Shown piece after piece: positions 38,971 to 51,400 of a stretch of DNA of 64,000 nucleotides. The notes under the pieces are model-generated. The model worked only from the letters and a program-made list of their open reading frames with translations, was not told the origin of the DNA and did no database searches. Position 1 is the first letter of the stretch; each line of letters starts with the position of its first letter. Source of the DNA: Bugula neritina (Eukaryota; Animalia; Bryozoa); NCBI GenBank assembly GCA_964035545.1, contig OZ037765.1, forward strand, positions 19,530,995-19,594,994, read 5' to 3'. The position numbers and the translations under genes were made by a program.

Positions 38971-39939
38971 AGTTTAGTGCTTAATATTATACTTTATTTA
39001 TTGCATATAATCTATATAATATTATAGCTACCCTGCAAGACTACTACTGTTTAGATGAGAAATATAATTTCTATAATATAGCCTATACATTTTTATAACA
39101 AAGTATATTAAATATGAATTAAAATATATTGTTGATCACCATATATTACTTCATGTCTGCCATTTATAATCCTGTTGCATTTAAGTTCAACAAATCTATT
39201 TTATACCAGCACAAACAATTGATACACCAGGATATTGCAACATGGGTACCTTGTATGGGCCTACAATGTAAACTTTTCATACATAAAGTTGACAGTGTTT
39301 CTACGTAGATCAGCTTGTATTTGTGGGGTGAAAATTATAACATCCCCATAAAATATTAGCATCTAATCGCCCTGCCATGACAGAACCACAACAATATTAT
39401 TCTATTGTATTTTCTATTTTGTTTGTGAATGATAGAATTAAATTACATGCATGTATAATTGTTGATATTTATGAAATATTAAAAACTGTTGTAAAAAGTA
39501 CCAGCTAGTGTAATTTGTCATCTAACATACATACAAAATGGTTTCATGGATATCAATTATATGCTCTCGTAAACACTGTTATGAAATTTACTTTTTGATG
39601 CTCTTTTTTCCATTTCAGTTTTATAAAAGCCTGAGAATGACCCATTAGGTGACAATAATTCTGTATCATCCTCCTATACTAATTTCAATTATATGTATTC
39701 TTGAAAAGAATGGATTGTGGGGTATGCACAAGAGTTGCAAACCCGCAAAGCATATTATAGAATAGAGTTGTCTACTTTTTTAAATGTAGATTGGTTTCAA
39801 AAATCCACATTATTTCGTGGATGGGCTTTGAGCAAGAGCACCAATATATTAGTCAAAAGAACAAAGTACAATGTTGTGAGGCTCTTGGTCTTGTATTAAT
39901 GGCTTTACATTTTCTGAAGTCACTGACATTATTCGTTTA

Positions 39940-40125
39940 TGTGAATCGATCAGAACAACCAGCACTTTTGCGCGCCACAGCAGTATACGCACAAGACCAA
40001 TAATAAGGCGCTTTTGAAATCGCGCCTTCTCAGATCTTCACTTTCTTCAACTTTTCAATTGTTATTAACATGATGGAGTGAGGGCTTAGGCGAAATATCT
40101 AACAGTAACTCCGCTATGCCAACAG
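39940..40125 (+). promoter_or_regulatory. Putative ATAD2 promoter with E2F-like, CCAAT and CHR-like motifs
   Basis: TTTTGCGCGCC 39966-39976, CCAAT 39997, GGCGC 40007, TTTGAA 40013 and CGCGCC 40021. The ATAD2 ATG exon begins with an acceptor at 42442. Confidence 0.6.
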
Positions 40126-40189
40126 TAATCTTTTATAATATATCAATTGGTAGTGAAAATATTCACATTGACTTCACATCAATGTCATT

Positions 40190-41720
40190 GGCTTCGCCTT
40201 TAGCCTTTACTTTGTGACTTTGTCATTTTGATTTTCATTTTGAGTTTGACCGTCACTCATTAATGATTAATGACAATGACATTATGATTATCAATCATGA
40301 TGATTATTCGTAATATAATAATAATTATAAAATTAAATATAATGATAATGATAATCAACTAATTCATCAACTAATACTAGTAAAAGTAATAGTAATACCT
40401 ATTAAATACATTAAAAATAAATGATTAATCGTAATCAATTTGAATATCAGTATGACTGAGATGATCATCATTATGATTATGACTTATGAGCATCACTCTC
40501 AGTATGACTATGAGATTGAGTATGAGTCGATAGTATGACTATCACTATGAGTATTACTATTACTATTAGTATTAGTATTACAATTACTTTAAAATTTTAT
40601 ATAAGGTTTAACATTATAATTATTGTCTGTAAATTTCAAAATCAACTTAAACTTCAGTAAACTTGATAACTCATAATCATTAGACATCAAACAATCTGAA
40701 TTAGACTTGGTAGTTACACTTGCAGTAAAACTAAAAGTAAATGTAGTGAATCATCGTTATTCATTAGAAATACATAATTAGTCAATGTCGTTGCCAGCTA
40801 ACAGGTATAAATAATAATAATAATAATAGTAATATGACCACCGTCAATGGGCCATAAACTTTTATTCAATGATTGGATGAATCATGAATGATTGATCTTG
40901 ATTCATGGATAACATTCACCGTCTCTCTCACTTGATATCTTATAATTATGTTTTTCACATGATGTCATTCCAGATAGGCGCTTCCCAGTTGGACGCTTCC
41001 CATATGGACTTGGAGCTATTTATTTATTTTGGTACAATATATGTATTGTATATGGGGTTTGGGGTTAGCTCCATGTGGGAAACATAGTGTCTAACTGGTA
41101 AACGTCTCTCTAGGATCAAACCATTCATATTGATGATCATTCATTTACACTCACTTTCAATTTGAAATTTTGATTTTCATTGCAAATTATCACTACAGGT
41201 TCTCATTTATTTTCAATAGTTTATATTAAATGTAATAGTAATAGTAGTAATTTATTCATAACTATAAGTCTCATGATAAATTTTGATTAGGCATTGCCAT
41301 TAAAATAATTAGACTTAGTTATTAAGTTTTAGATTTTTTTCAATAGAATTTTAATTTGTCACACTGTATGAGTATCAATATAAGTATGACTATGACTATG
41401 ACATAGACTTAAGGTTAATAACTGAGTAATACCTCAAATAAAAAAATATATTTATTTTCATATTTGAAATGATTATGACTGGACTCAGCCTCACAAGTCA
41501 TGGGCCTGTTGAATTCGATCATTAATTTTCACTATCTTTATCTTATTATAACATTTAAACTTGATTATAACTTAAAATTAAAGATTGCAATAAAAATAAA
41601 ATTAAGTCAAAATGATTTTATAAACAAAATATTTATTATTTCAACTTTTACTCTAACTTTTATTTTAACTTCCACAGTTATTGAGGATATCACTTTTGTC
41701 TTTTAGTTTGAGTATGAGCT
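40190..41720. repeat. Degenerate hexamer-periodic tract in the presumed ATAD2 first intron
   Basis: cagtatgactatgagattgagtatgag...gactatcactatgagtattactattactattagtattagtat and gagtatcaatataagtatgactatgactatgac. Confidence 0.8.
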
Positions 41721-42496
41721 AGGTTTTATTTCCAAATTTTAAGAGTAAGTTTAGCCTAATCTGTTTTTGCGTTGAAGGAGAAAATTAAAGTCATGATAAA
41801 ATAAAAAGAAGGGAAAATGTGGTCAATATTATTATAAATAGTATTATAAGGCCAGTTAGTGAAAATGCAACTAAAATCGGCGAATGTTCCTAGCATTACT
41901 TTTATTGATTGCCCGAAGAATTAAAATTAAAAGCAGGCTTTAAGGTGTTGTTGATGAATGTTATTAAACTATTCACATTTAAACTTAGATTGTCTTGAAT
42001 TACCATGGTTACGTATGTAACAATATGGTCGACTACTTTATATGAACTTGAAACTTAAACTCATTAGCTCCTAAAACTCTTGCTGTGTTAACTTGCAAAT
42101 GCAAAGTAGCTTAATTATATTTTTACTGTTTGGTAGAGTATTGCATGCCCTGTGCTAAGTAATTGAAAACCAGTGAATTGAAATAAAGTGCTCGTTCTTG
42201 TGTTAAATTTACTTTTTGAAGATGAAATTAATTATTATAGTTTTACTTTTTTATTACTAATTTACCAAGACTATATTTTAAAAACAATTAACTTTTTGGT
42301 TCTAATCTTATAATTATCATGTTTATGCTGACTTAAGTTGTGCATTTAAAAAAGTATGTATAATATTAGAAAGTTTGTTTTCCTAAATGCAAGTTATCTC
42401 TCAGATTCCTAATTCTGAATAATTGTATTATAACTCTTGTAGACTAAAGTCGTGATGTTTATCTAAACATTTTTCGGCTGAAGCTCAACTTTTATT

Positions 42497-45400
42497 ATGG
42501 TGAATGACAAAAATCCCAGCAGACGATATGGCACCAGGTATCAAGATCGGTGCAATGATGCCGACACCAAACCTGACACAGCATGTCTAAATGGCTATGC
42601 CAATAATAGAAAAGCAGAACATCCCGTTTCTCTTTCACACACACGCTATTCTTACCGCTCACTGCGCAATCGTTCCAACTATTTTGATGAGTCATCCAAT
42701 GATACAGAACTTGGCTTAACTTCTGGGAATGACAGGACGTTACGTCATAGTCAAAGGCTGCCACCTGTTGGTGTGAGCCCTGCTGGAGAAGAGAAAGATG
42801 ATGCCAATGAAACATCTATGGTAAGCTGGAATTGATACTTGACACTTTTGTATCGATATTTGAAAACTTGCATCTTCATGCTTAAATTTACTCTGTAGAA
42901 AAACAAAAAAATTTATAGTCACTCTAAAGATGATTGTTGAAATTTACTTCGCTCTTTTCTCTGTAGGAAGCAAATGATGAAAAGGAGTTTGAAACTACAA
43001 ACTATAAAATTTCGACCAGGAGATCACTGAGGTACATTGCCAAATTCGGGCTAAGCTGTTTAGGTTGTGTAGTGCAGTTCTATTAGAACTCCTAATGTTT
43101 TACACTGCTGTGTCTACCAATTTGTATTGACTTCATATCTGTGCCAAATTTATAACTTGTTGTTCAGGTCAACACGACGCATGGAAAAGCACCCCACTAT
43201 GGACGGTAAACAGTCTAACGAGTCATGGCAAACAGAGCGGCGAAGTTCCAGGCCGCAGCGCGCTCTCTACCAGTCGACTAGGAGCTATAAGAGTGATAAT
43301 AACTCTCTCACTACAGAAGAGGTATTTCCTGTTTACTGCTTCCTCCTTGCTATAGAAATCTGGTTTCTTTGACATTTTGCTCATGTCATCAACAATGTTA
43401 TGGAATCTGTACATATAAAATAATTTCAATATTTGATAGTTACTTTAACAACCATTCCTCTCAAAAATATAATAATTTTGGTCTGAGTTTTAGGATTTGC
43501 TTTATCTAATAGCAAAGGATCATGTGCCAACTGTAGCTACATAAATATTCATTCATAAACTGTAAAGTAAAGAATATATTTTATGCAGACTAAAATAATT
43601 TTGCTGTTGAACTATAAGGATTTTATCCCATATATCCAGCTATTTGCAGTAGTTTCTAATGTTTGTAGAAGAATGACTATGACAATATGGATATGTACAC
43701 AAGAGTTAAGCGGACTCGTCGAAAAATCAAGCGGGACATGTACGGTATGCCTCTGGTTGAAGAGGAAGAAAAGTCAACTGAAGAAGAAACTGAAGAAGAT
43801 GGTGATGAGGTGAGTTTAGTGACTCATATTATTTTATTTATTCATCACTAAGTTGAATGAAAGAAGTATGGCAGTAGGCGCCTTAAATCAGTCCTTTACT
43901 GCGAATCCGAGAAGCTTTCCTCTAAAATATTTGAATTTAAAATGTTAAATCAGAAATATTAGCCTTACATCTTTGTGAGCACTACAACAGTTGTGTGGGT
44001 CTGAGTCGCCATAAGGTTTCTCACCCCCCCTTCATTTCCAGGTATCACATGCATTATCTGTAAATCATCACGTTTTACGTTTGATAAACAGGAAGAAGGA
44101 GATGAGGATGGGGAGGCAACCACTGCCCAATACAATTTAAGAAGAAATAAGCCAAGAACAAAGTTGTATGAGGCTACTATAGGTATGTGTAGGATATCTG
44201 AATGAGATTTGTTATTCTGCAGGTCAAAAGTATCTATATGCCTTGGTTTCTAATCACATCGAAATATTTGACAAGTTGTAACTTATATGATATGACAATA
44301 ACATGGTTGCATCATATAAATGCATTAACAATTGGCTGTTTTTTGTGTTTTATGATAATTGCTGGTTATTATTTCAATATTGCTGCTAGTTAGCAGTTTC
44401 CAAGTGAGTCTGTCTAAACTTTGAATAATTTTCACTATTTGGTGGGGGGGGGGGGGGTGAGTGTTTACAGTACTTAGAACTGGTATAGTTAAGTTACATT
44501 TTATTATAACAGTTTAGATCATTACAATAATTTAGTTGATTTTCACTACATGTGAGTGGAAATATAAGTGCTAACATTGACATGAAATGGGTTTTAGTGA
44601 TCTACCCTGTTTAATAAAATCTTAGTTATTATGCTATTTTATTGAAAAGATGTTTATTAACCTTGCCAAGTGCAAGAGAAGCTAATCTCCAGATCTATCT
44701 AGAATGATTATATAATCATCAATAATTACCTACTACTGCTATTGTTTAGAGTAGTGCTTAGCAAGATGTTATTAGAGGCATTTGCCTGTTAGAGAAAGGA
44801 ATTTAGAGCCACAATAGTCATTGTACCACCCTGTAAAGTGCCAGCTTATGGTGATGGTTTCCTCAGTTGTGGGGAAACAAAGCAATTGTGCCCCCCTCCT
44901 GTAATGGTTGTTAACTTTTTATTGGCACACTCTTCATTGCTATGGAGCTAGTCAGAACTTAGCATTTGGAAAATTTCCTTCAAATTCTAAAAATACATCG
45001 TTAATTTTGTTTATATTTTATGAGAATGTTTCAGCTCTTTGGATCTCCATATGGTGCTGGTATTTTATGCATACTTCAGTGGTTCAGTGAGCTTATTCTA
45101 ATAAAATACATGAATGCCAGCAACTTTAACAACCATAAATTTAAATTAGATTCAACCACATACTAAACTATTTCATCACCTTATACCGTTCTATTATTTT
45201 GTTTTTGTTAGAGCAGCTTTTAGTAAAGTGCTATGGAGTGTTGGTCGGTTATTTTGATGCGCTTGGACTGTTTTTACACAACTTTTGGCCTACTAGTAAT
45301 TTGCTAATATCTTGTAGAGAGAAAGCAGCGTGAAAGATATTATAAAGATACTTCACCTAAAAGAAAGATGAAGGAAATACAGTTTAAAAGTCCGGCTCAC

Positions 45401-48400
45401 AGAAGACACAAGTGTGTAGCAAATTCTAGTAAACCTGGTATTTCATGAGAAGCTGTTTTCCAAAATCTTTTTTGAAACAGCTGGTTACTGTAGTTTTATA
45501 GCTTTGATGTTGATACATTTGGCTTGAAAATCCAGACTCCAGATGATGTTTATTGAAATGATAAAGTGAGCAGTCGTGGTAACTAAACACTGACTCTCCT
45601 GACATTGTTATGCTCTGTATTGCAGACGGAAGAAGGTGCATCACCGAAGCTCGTCGACCTCTAGCAGTGGTAGTAGTGATGAGAGTGATGACGAGAGAAG
45701 ATTTGCCAGGAGGAAGAATAAGAGCATGGCTAAAGCCAGGCAAAGGTACATTATGCCATTATATAGTAATATCTGTGGTTTTTGTAATGTTTTTGTGCAT
45801 TTGAGAATTGTCTTCTCTGGTACTTGTTTAGTAACTCATTAAATATGGAGTTAGATAGTTTCTTTTAGAAAGTATCCCAAATTCATAGAACTAACTCTGT
45901 TTAGATAAGTGCCAACATTTTGTTGGTTTTTTTGTAAATTTTAACTACCTAAATTTCTTTCTCCATAAACTTTGTTCTTGCATTTATGTTTTATTGAAGC
46001 AGCAGCTTTGTTGCTTGTGGTAATTTATATATAATTTGGAGTTGCTCTCCACCGGTGCTGGGAGCTGTGACTCAAACTGGGAATTTTCTTTAGATGCCTT
46101 CCTATGAATCTCAACCAATCGGATCTTTCTCACACTATGAAAGACAGACAGAAAATTGGTGCTAGTCTCGCAGATATTGATCCAATGAGTGTTGATAGGA
46201 CGGTCAGTTGGTTTTCTTCCTGTATCATTTTTTGTTTGGTGTTTAATTCATTTATTGTGAATTGTGTGCCCTATGTTTTGAGGAATGAATAAAGAGTAGT
46301 AAGAATATTGTAAACATAAATTCATTCACAAGAAAAACTAAGATTTAACTTATCAAAAAGTTAGTTGAGATATTTCCATCATACACGACCTGTTGCCTGC
46401 ATTTAATTATGTTTCATGGATGCACCAAAACGTCCTTTTCACCGTATTGGTTTTTTGTTTTTAGTTGGAGTCATATTTTCATGGTTTTTTTTACAAAAAT
46501 CTTCATATATTTTGAAGAGTGAATGAATGTTTTAAAACAATTCAATTTATTGTATAAAATATGTGCATTATTTGTCTATTGAATTTAAAGCTTGAGATTT
46601 CTATTTTGGGATAACCATCTTCTAACTATAAATATTCTGCAGGTAACATTTGACAGTGTGGGTGGTCTTGGGGAGCACTTGCAAGCTCTCAAAGAGATGA
46701 TAGTCTTCCCTTTGTTGTATCCTGAGGTGTTTGAGAAGTTCAGGATAGCTCCCCCTAGAGGCGTCCTGTTTCATGGACCCCCAGGTATCTTGACAGAAAT
46801 CTGATATCAGTGTTGGTGCAGTCATATTTGATTTTTATCTGCAATTTGGTTTTATAAATTTTGTCATTCAAAAATAGAGTTTGTTTTTTTTGAAGTTTTA
46901 ATCAAACTTGTGTCCAAGTTGTGAGTTTTTTTATAAGTAGAGCGCCATGTAGAGTGTTGCTAGCTGTTAAAGAGTGAGTAATCTCATCTCATGTTGTTGA
47001 TATACTGTGTAGGAACTGGCAAGACACTGGTGGCCAGAGCCTTGGCCAACGAGTGCAGTTCTGGGGAGAAGAGAGTCGCTTTCTTCATGCGGAAAGGAGC
47101 CGACTGTCTCAGCAAGTGGGTCGGGGAGTCAGAGAGGCAGTTGAGGTTGCTGTTTGACCAGGTGAGAGCACTTTCGGGATATCTGGTTGATTTGTTAGAG
47201 ATTCTCTTAGTTGAAATAAAAATGCTACATGGCATGGTTGTCTCTTAGAAACTAATGCCAGCTACTATATTCTCGGACAGGAATGTGCTGATTTCTTTGA
47301 CCAAATTCTTATATAACATGTTAGTTATGTCATCGCGATTTCATTTATTTGTTTTTATTTTGTGTTGAATCATATTCAGTTAAAGTAGACACCAACTAAT
47401 AATAAGCTTAGGAAATTTGTACGTAGCATCTTCATTATTTCTAGGCATATCAAGTGAGACCATCGATAATATTCTTTGATGAAATAGATGGTCTGGCTCC
47501 TGTCAGGTCCTCTAGACAAGACCAGATCCACTCCTCCATAGTATCCACTTTGCTCGCTCTGATGGACGGACTGGATAGCAGGGGAGAAGTGGTTGTTATT
47601 GGTGCAACGAATCGTATAGACTCTATAGACCCTGCCCTCAGACGTCCTGGTCGGTTCGATAGAGAGTTCCTGTTTAATCTACCGCCGGTGGAGGTTAGTG
47701 ACTAGGAAAGCATTTTGAATGTATTGAGCCACTTGTTGAAAATAAACTAACAGATTCTTTACTAGTATTTTCTGTTCTTCACACTAGGCCCGGGCAGACA
47801 TTCTGAGAATTCATACAAAGGAATGGAATCCCAAGTTACTGGACAAGTTTATTGTGGAAGTCGCCTCCAAGTGCAATGGTAAGTATAGAGTACTGACTAT
47901 GGGATATGATATTGCACTTGTTTACATAACATTTTCACATTTACATTATTGATACTTCTCTGCTTTCTTGACATATTTTTGGAATTTCTTTTCACCATCA
48001 GGTATTTCAGATATATCCAGCATTTTTATTGCTAACCTATCTTAAGTCCCTAGATCTTATTGAAGTTTCATATAACTAAGTTTCAAAGTTATGATAGCTT
48101 AGCTTGGTTTTTTGGCAACTAATGCGAGTTAAAAAGAATTTGTCATTTACCTTTCCAAGTTTTTAGCTTACAAAAAATTACTTGTTACCTAACTTTGTGA
48201 AGTAAAAAGTAACACAGTGTGGTATACATTTCTTCTGCTGTGTATATAGCGTATTCTGTTATAAAATTGACATGACAACATACCTGAGAAATGCGTTTCT
48301 CTCAACAGGATATTGTGGTGCTGATCTCAAAGCCTTGTGTACTGAAGCAGCTCTCCACGCTCTGCGCAGAAGATATCCCCAGATATACTCTTCTAGTGAC

Positions 48401-51400
48401 AAACTGCAGCTAGATGTCACTAGTATAGATATAAGTGCTGCCGACTTCCATCACGCTATGACCAAAATAGTTCCTGCCGGTCAGAGGGCCATTACCTCCC
48501 CGTCTCGACCTCTCTCAGCTATTATCAAACCTCTTCTGCAACGGCAGCTAGATATTATTTTTGCTCAACTTTCTACAACATTTCCATATATGAGTACAGC
48601 CACTGCTACCTCATCATGTAAGTATGCCATTGTTTTAATGAAATTGCAGTCAAATCTTCTGATTTAGCTATTTGTAAGTGTAGGCATCCACATGCATGCC
48701 TGTTTCGGATTGATCTTTCAGTCGGAGTTACCTTCTCTTTAAAATTAACCTTCAGCATTGTACTTATGACTACTGTATGTTTATATTGGCAGCAGATGTG
48801 ATACGCTGTGTGTTCCGCTGTTTGTAGTTTCACTCACAAGCCATCTATTGGACGCAGTGAATGATGATTCAAGTGCCACATGCGTTACAGAATGCCCCAA
48901 GTCTAAAAGGAAGTCTAAACAAGGGCTTGAGTCTGGTCCGTTTTTGGACTTTTCCATGTAAGTTCTGCACCACGATGTAGATGATGTGTGTATTTTATAT
49001 GGTGACTGCTGCTTTAGGTATACCGTGACCCACCACAGCCATGTTAGTCGGATTAAAATCCAGTAAAACTCTGTTCATTTGCTACTGAATTTATGAAGTT
49101 TTTGCATGTTATTAATCTATTTTTATCTGGCGGTGGTTTTATTTTAACGTTGGTAATGTTAATGTTGGTAAAATTTATGTTCTCAAATATTATGTTCGAT
49201 AAATCATGTTGGCAAATTGTATGCTTACCTGGAAATGCACCTTGTTATAGCGCAGTTGGAATCACTACTTTGACTAAACCCTTGTGTAGAGTAAAAAAAA
49301 AACAGGTTGAATATTACACGGTGACATAGCAACAGTGCTAACAACTGGGCCATTTTACTTAATTTAGTACACACTGGAAATCTGCAGTTCTTAGCTATTT
49401 TTCACAATTTAGCTGCTAATGAACATTGGTTTTTGCCCAAAACTAGTAAAATGTCAATAAATACACCTAAACAATCAAGGTTATTTTTAATTTTGCTTGA
49501 TTTCCCATGTTTTTTCCTAGTTAGTTAGCTAATTTGGATTTCGGACCGTTGTGGTTTTTTCGCAACGGTCCGCGATCGAAAGTAGCTGAATAATTGAGAA
49601 AAAATCTGGGAAATCAAGCAAAATCGAAAATAACCTTCTCTATTTTCTCGTTAAATAAACTATTTTTAATTTTTACACTGAAAGCTGCTTTTACTTTTTC
49701 AGCACTGCATACAGTAGACCGATAGTCAACCGGCCACGCCTATTGGTGCACGGAGACCCATGTCTGGCTCATAGCTCTCACCTCGCCCCTGCCCTGCTCC
49801 ATTCCATGGAGAACATACCTGTACATACCTTAGACGTCCCTACTTTGTACTCAAACAGTGCCAAAACTCCAGAAGAAGCCTGTTCACAGGTATTACGCAG
49901 TACTAGTTGTCTCACAACTCATGCTTTATGTATAATGGATTGCGTTCTAACCCGGATGTTAAATGTCTACAGGTGTTTAGAGAGGCCAGGAGATCCACCC
50001 CTAGTGTTATCTATATACCTCATATATGTAAATGGTGGCACGTGCTTTCCGATACTATGCAAGCTACTTTCCATGTATTGCTCAATGACCTTGACCCATT
50101 GATACCCATATTGGTATTAGCCACGGCGGACACCTCGTCACAATCTCTTCCTGTTGAAGTAAGCTCTAAGTTTAAAATGTCATCTTATCTCATAGTTTTA
50201 ATGTCATTGTATTCCGTAATCTCATTGCTTAATATTAAATTGATAAAATATTTATAAAAAAATATTTTTATTGAAATGACTTATGCTTTTAAGATACAGT
50301 ATTTGCAGCGTTGATTTATGTGTGAAGTTTGTTTGTAAAAGCTCGCATATTTTTGTCAGATTATGCGTTTGTTTGGTGGAAACTCGAACGAGATGTACCA
50401 AGTTACTAAACCTAGTGAGGCAGAAATCCGGCATTACTTTGAGGATCTGTTGCTGAGACAGACCTGTGTGCCACCACCCACCAAGAAGCAGGCCGGTATG
50501 TTCAGATTCTCCGTGTTATACTACGGGTCTGCACTTGACAGCATTATTTCACAGTAGCATTGATTGCGGCAGCTAATATACATAGTATGGAATTAAAGCA
50601 AACCTGTCAGACTTTTCTTTAATACGGTCATTAGGGTCAATGTTGTTTAGTTAATAACATGCTCATCATACATATTCCGAGAGGGAACAACTTCTGCTGA
50701 AATGAGATTCTAATGGTTATAGATTAGCTATTTAAAATAAAATATAGTTACTGTTGCCTTCTGCTGCCCATGTCTGTGAATATTATATAGCTGGGATAAC
50801 TTAACATATTACAACTTCAATGAGACCAAAGTATTTTCTCCGCAAAATTTCTATTTGTGTACGCTATTATTAGGGTAGTATTGCCCTAGCATTTCATAAA
50901 ATAAAATTTAGTGCACTGGGTGCAGACTGGTGTTTTAGGCAGTTTGCTCAAACTGTTTCTCTTTAATTCAGAGAATTTTGTTAAAAAATTACTGTCAACT
51001 GAAATCATTCTCAAAAAGTTTTCAAGTGCAAATTGGAGTCAGCACCTTCTACTAGCTGCTCAAAATAAGCAAACAATAGAAAAAAGAAAATACACATCCA
51101 TATTTTATCCGCAACTTTTTATATAAGCAAATAACTTTATTATATATTATTTGTTGCACATATTTTTGTTTGCAAAAATATATGATAGTATTTTTGTTTA
51201 ACAAATGTTAGATTCTTTTTAAAATTATTCTCTCTTTCATAGCTCGGAACTTGCTGGAAGTATTACCGAAGGTTCCAGTGTCTAGACCCGCCACTCTCAC
51301 AGATGCTGAAGAGAAGACCCTTTGGCAGGAAGAGGAGAGTGTGCTTAGAGAGCTGAGGCTATTCCTTCGAGACATGTTGAACAAACTGGCTAGAGACAAG

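Noticed and set aside
50590-51100. Kolobok-like element starting TTAAAG
   Set aside because: No matching right terminus found
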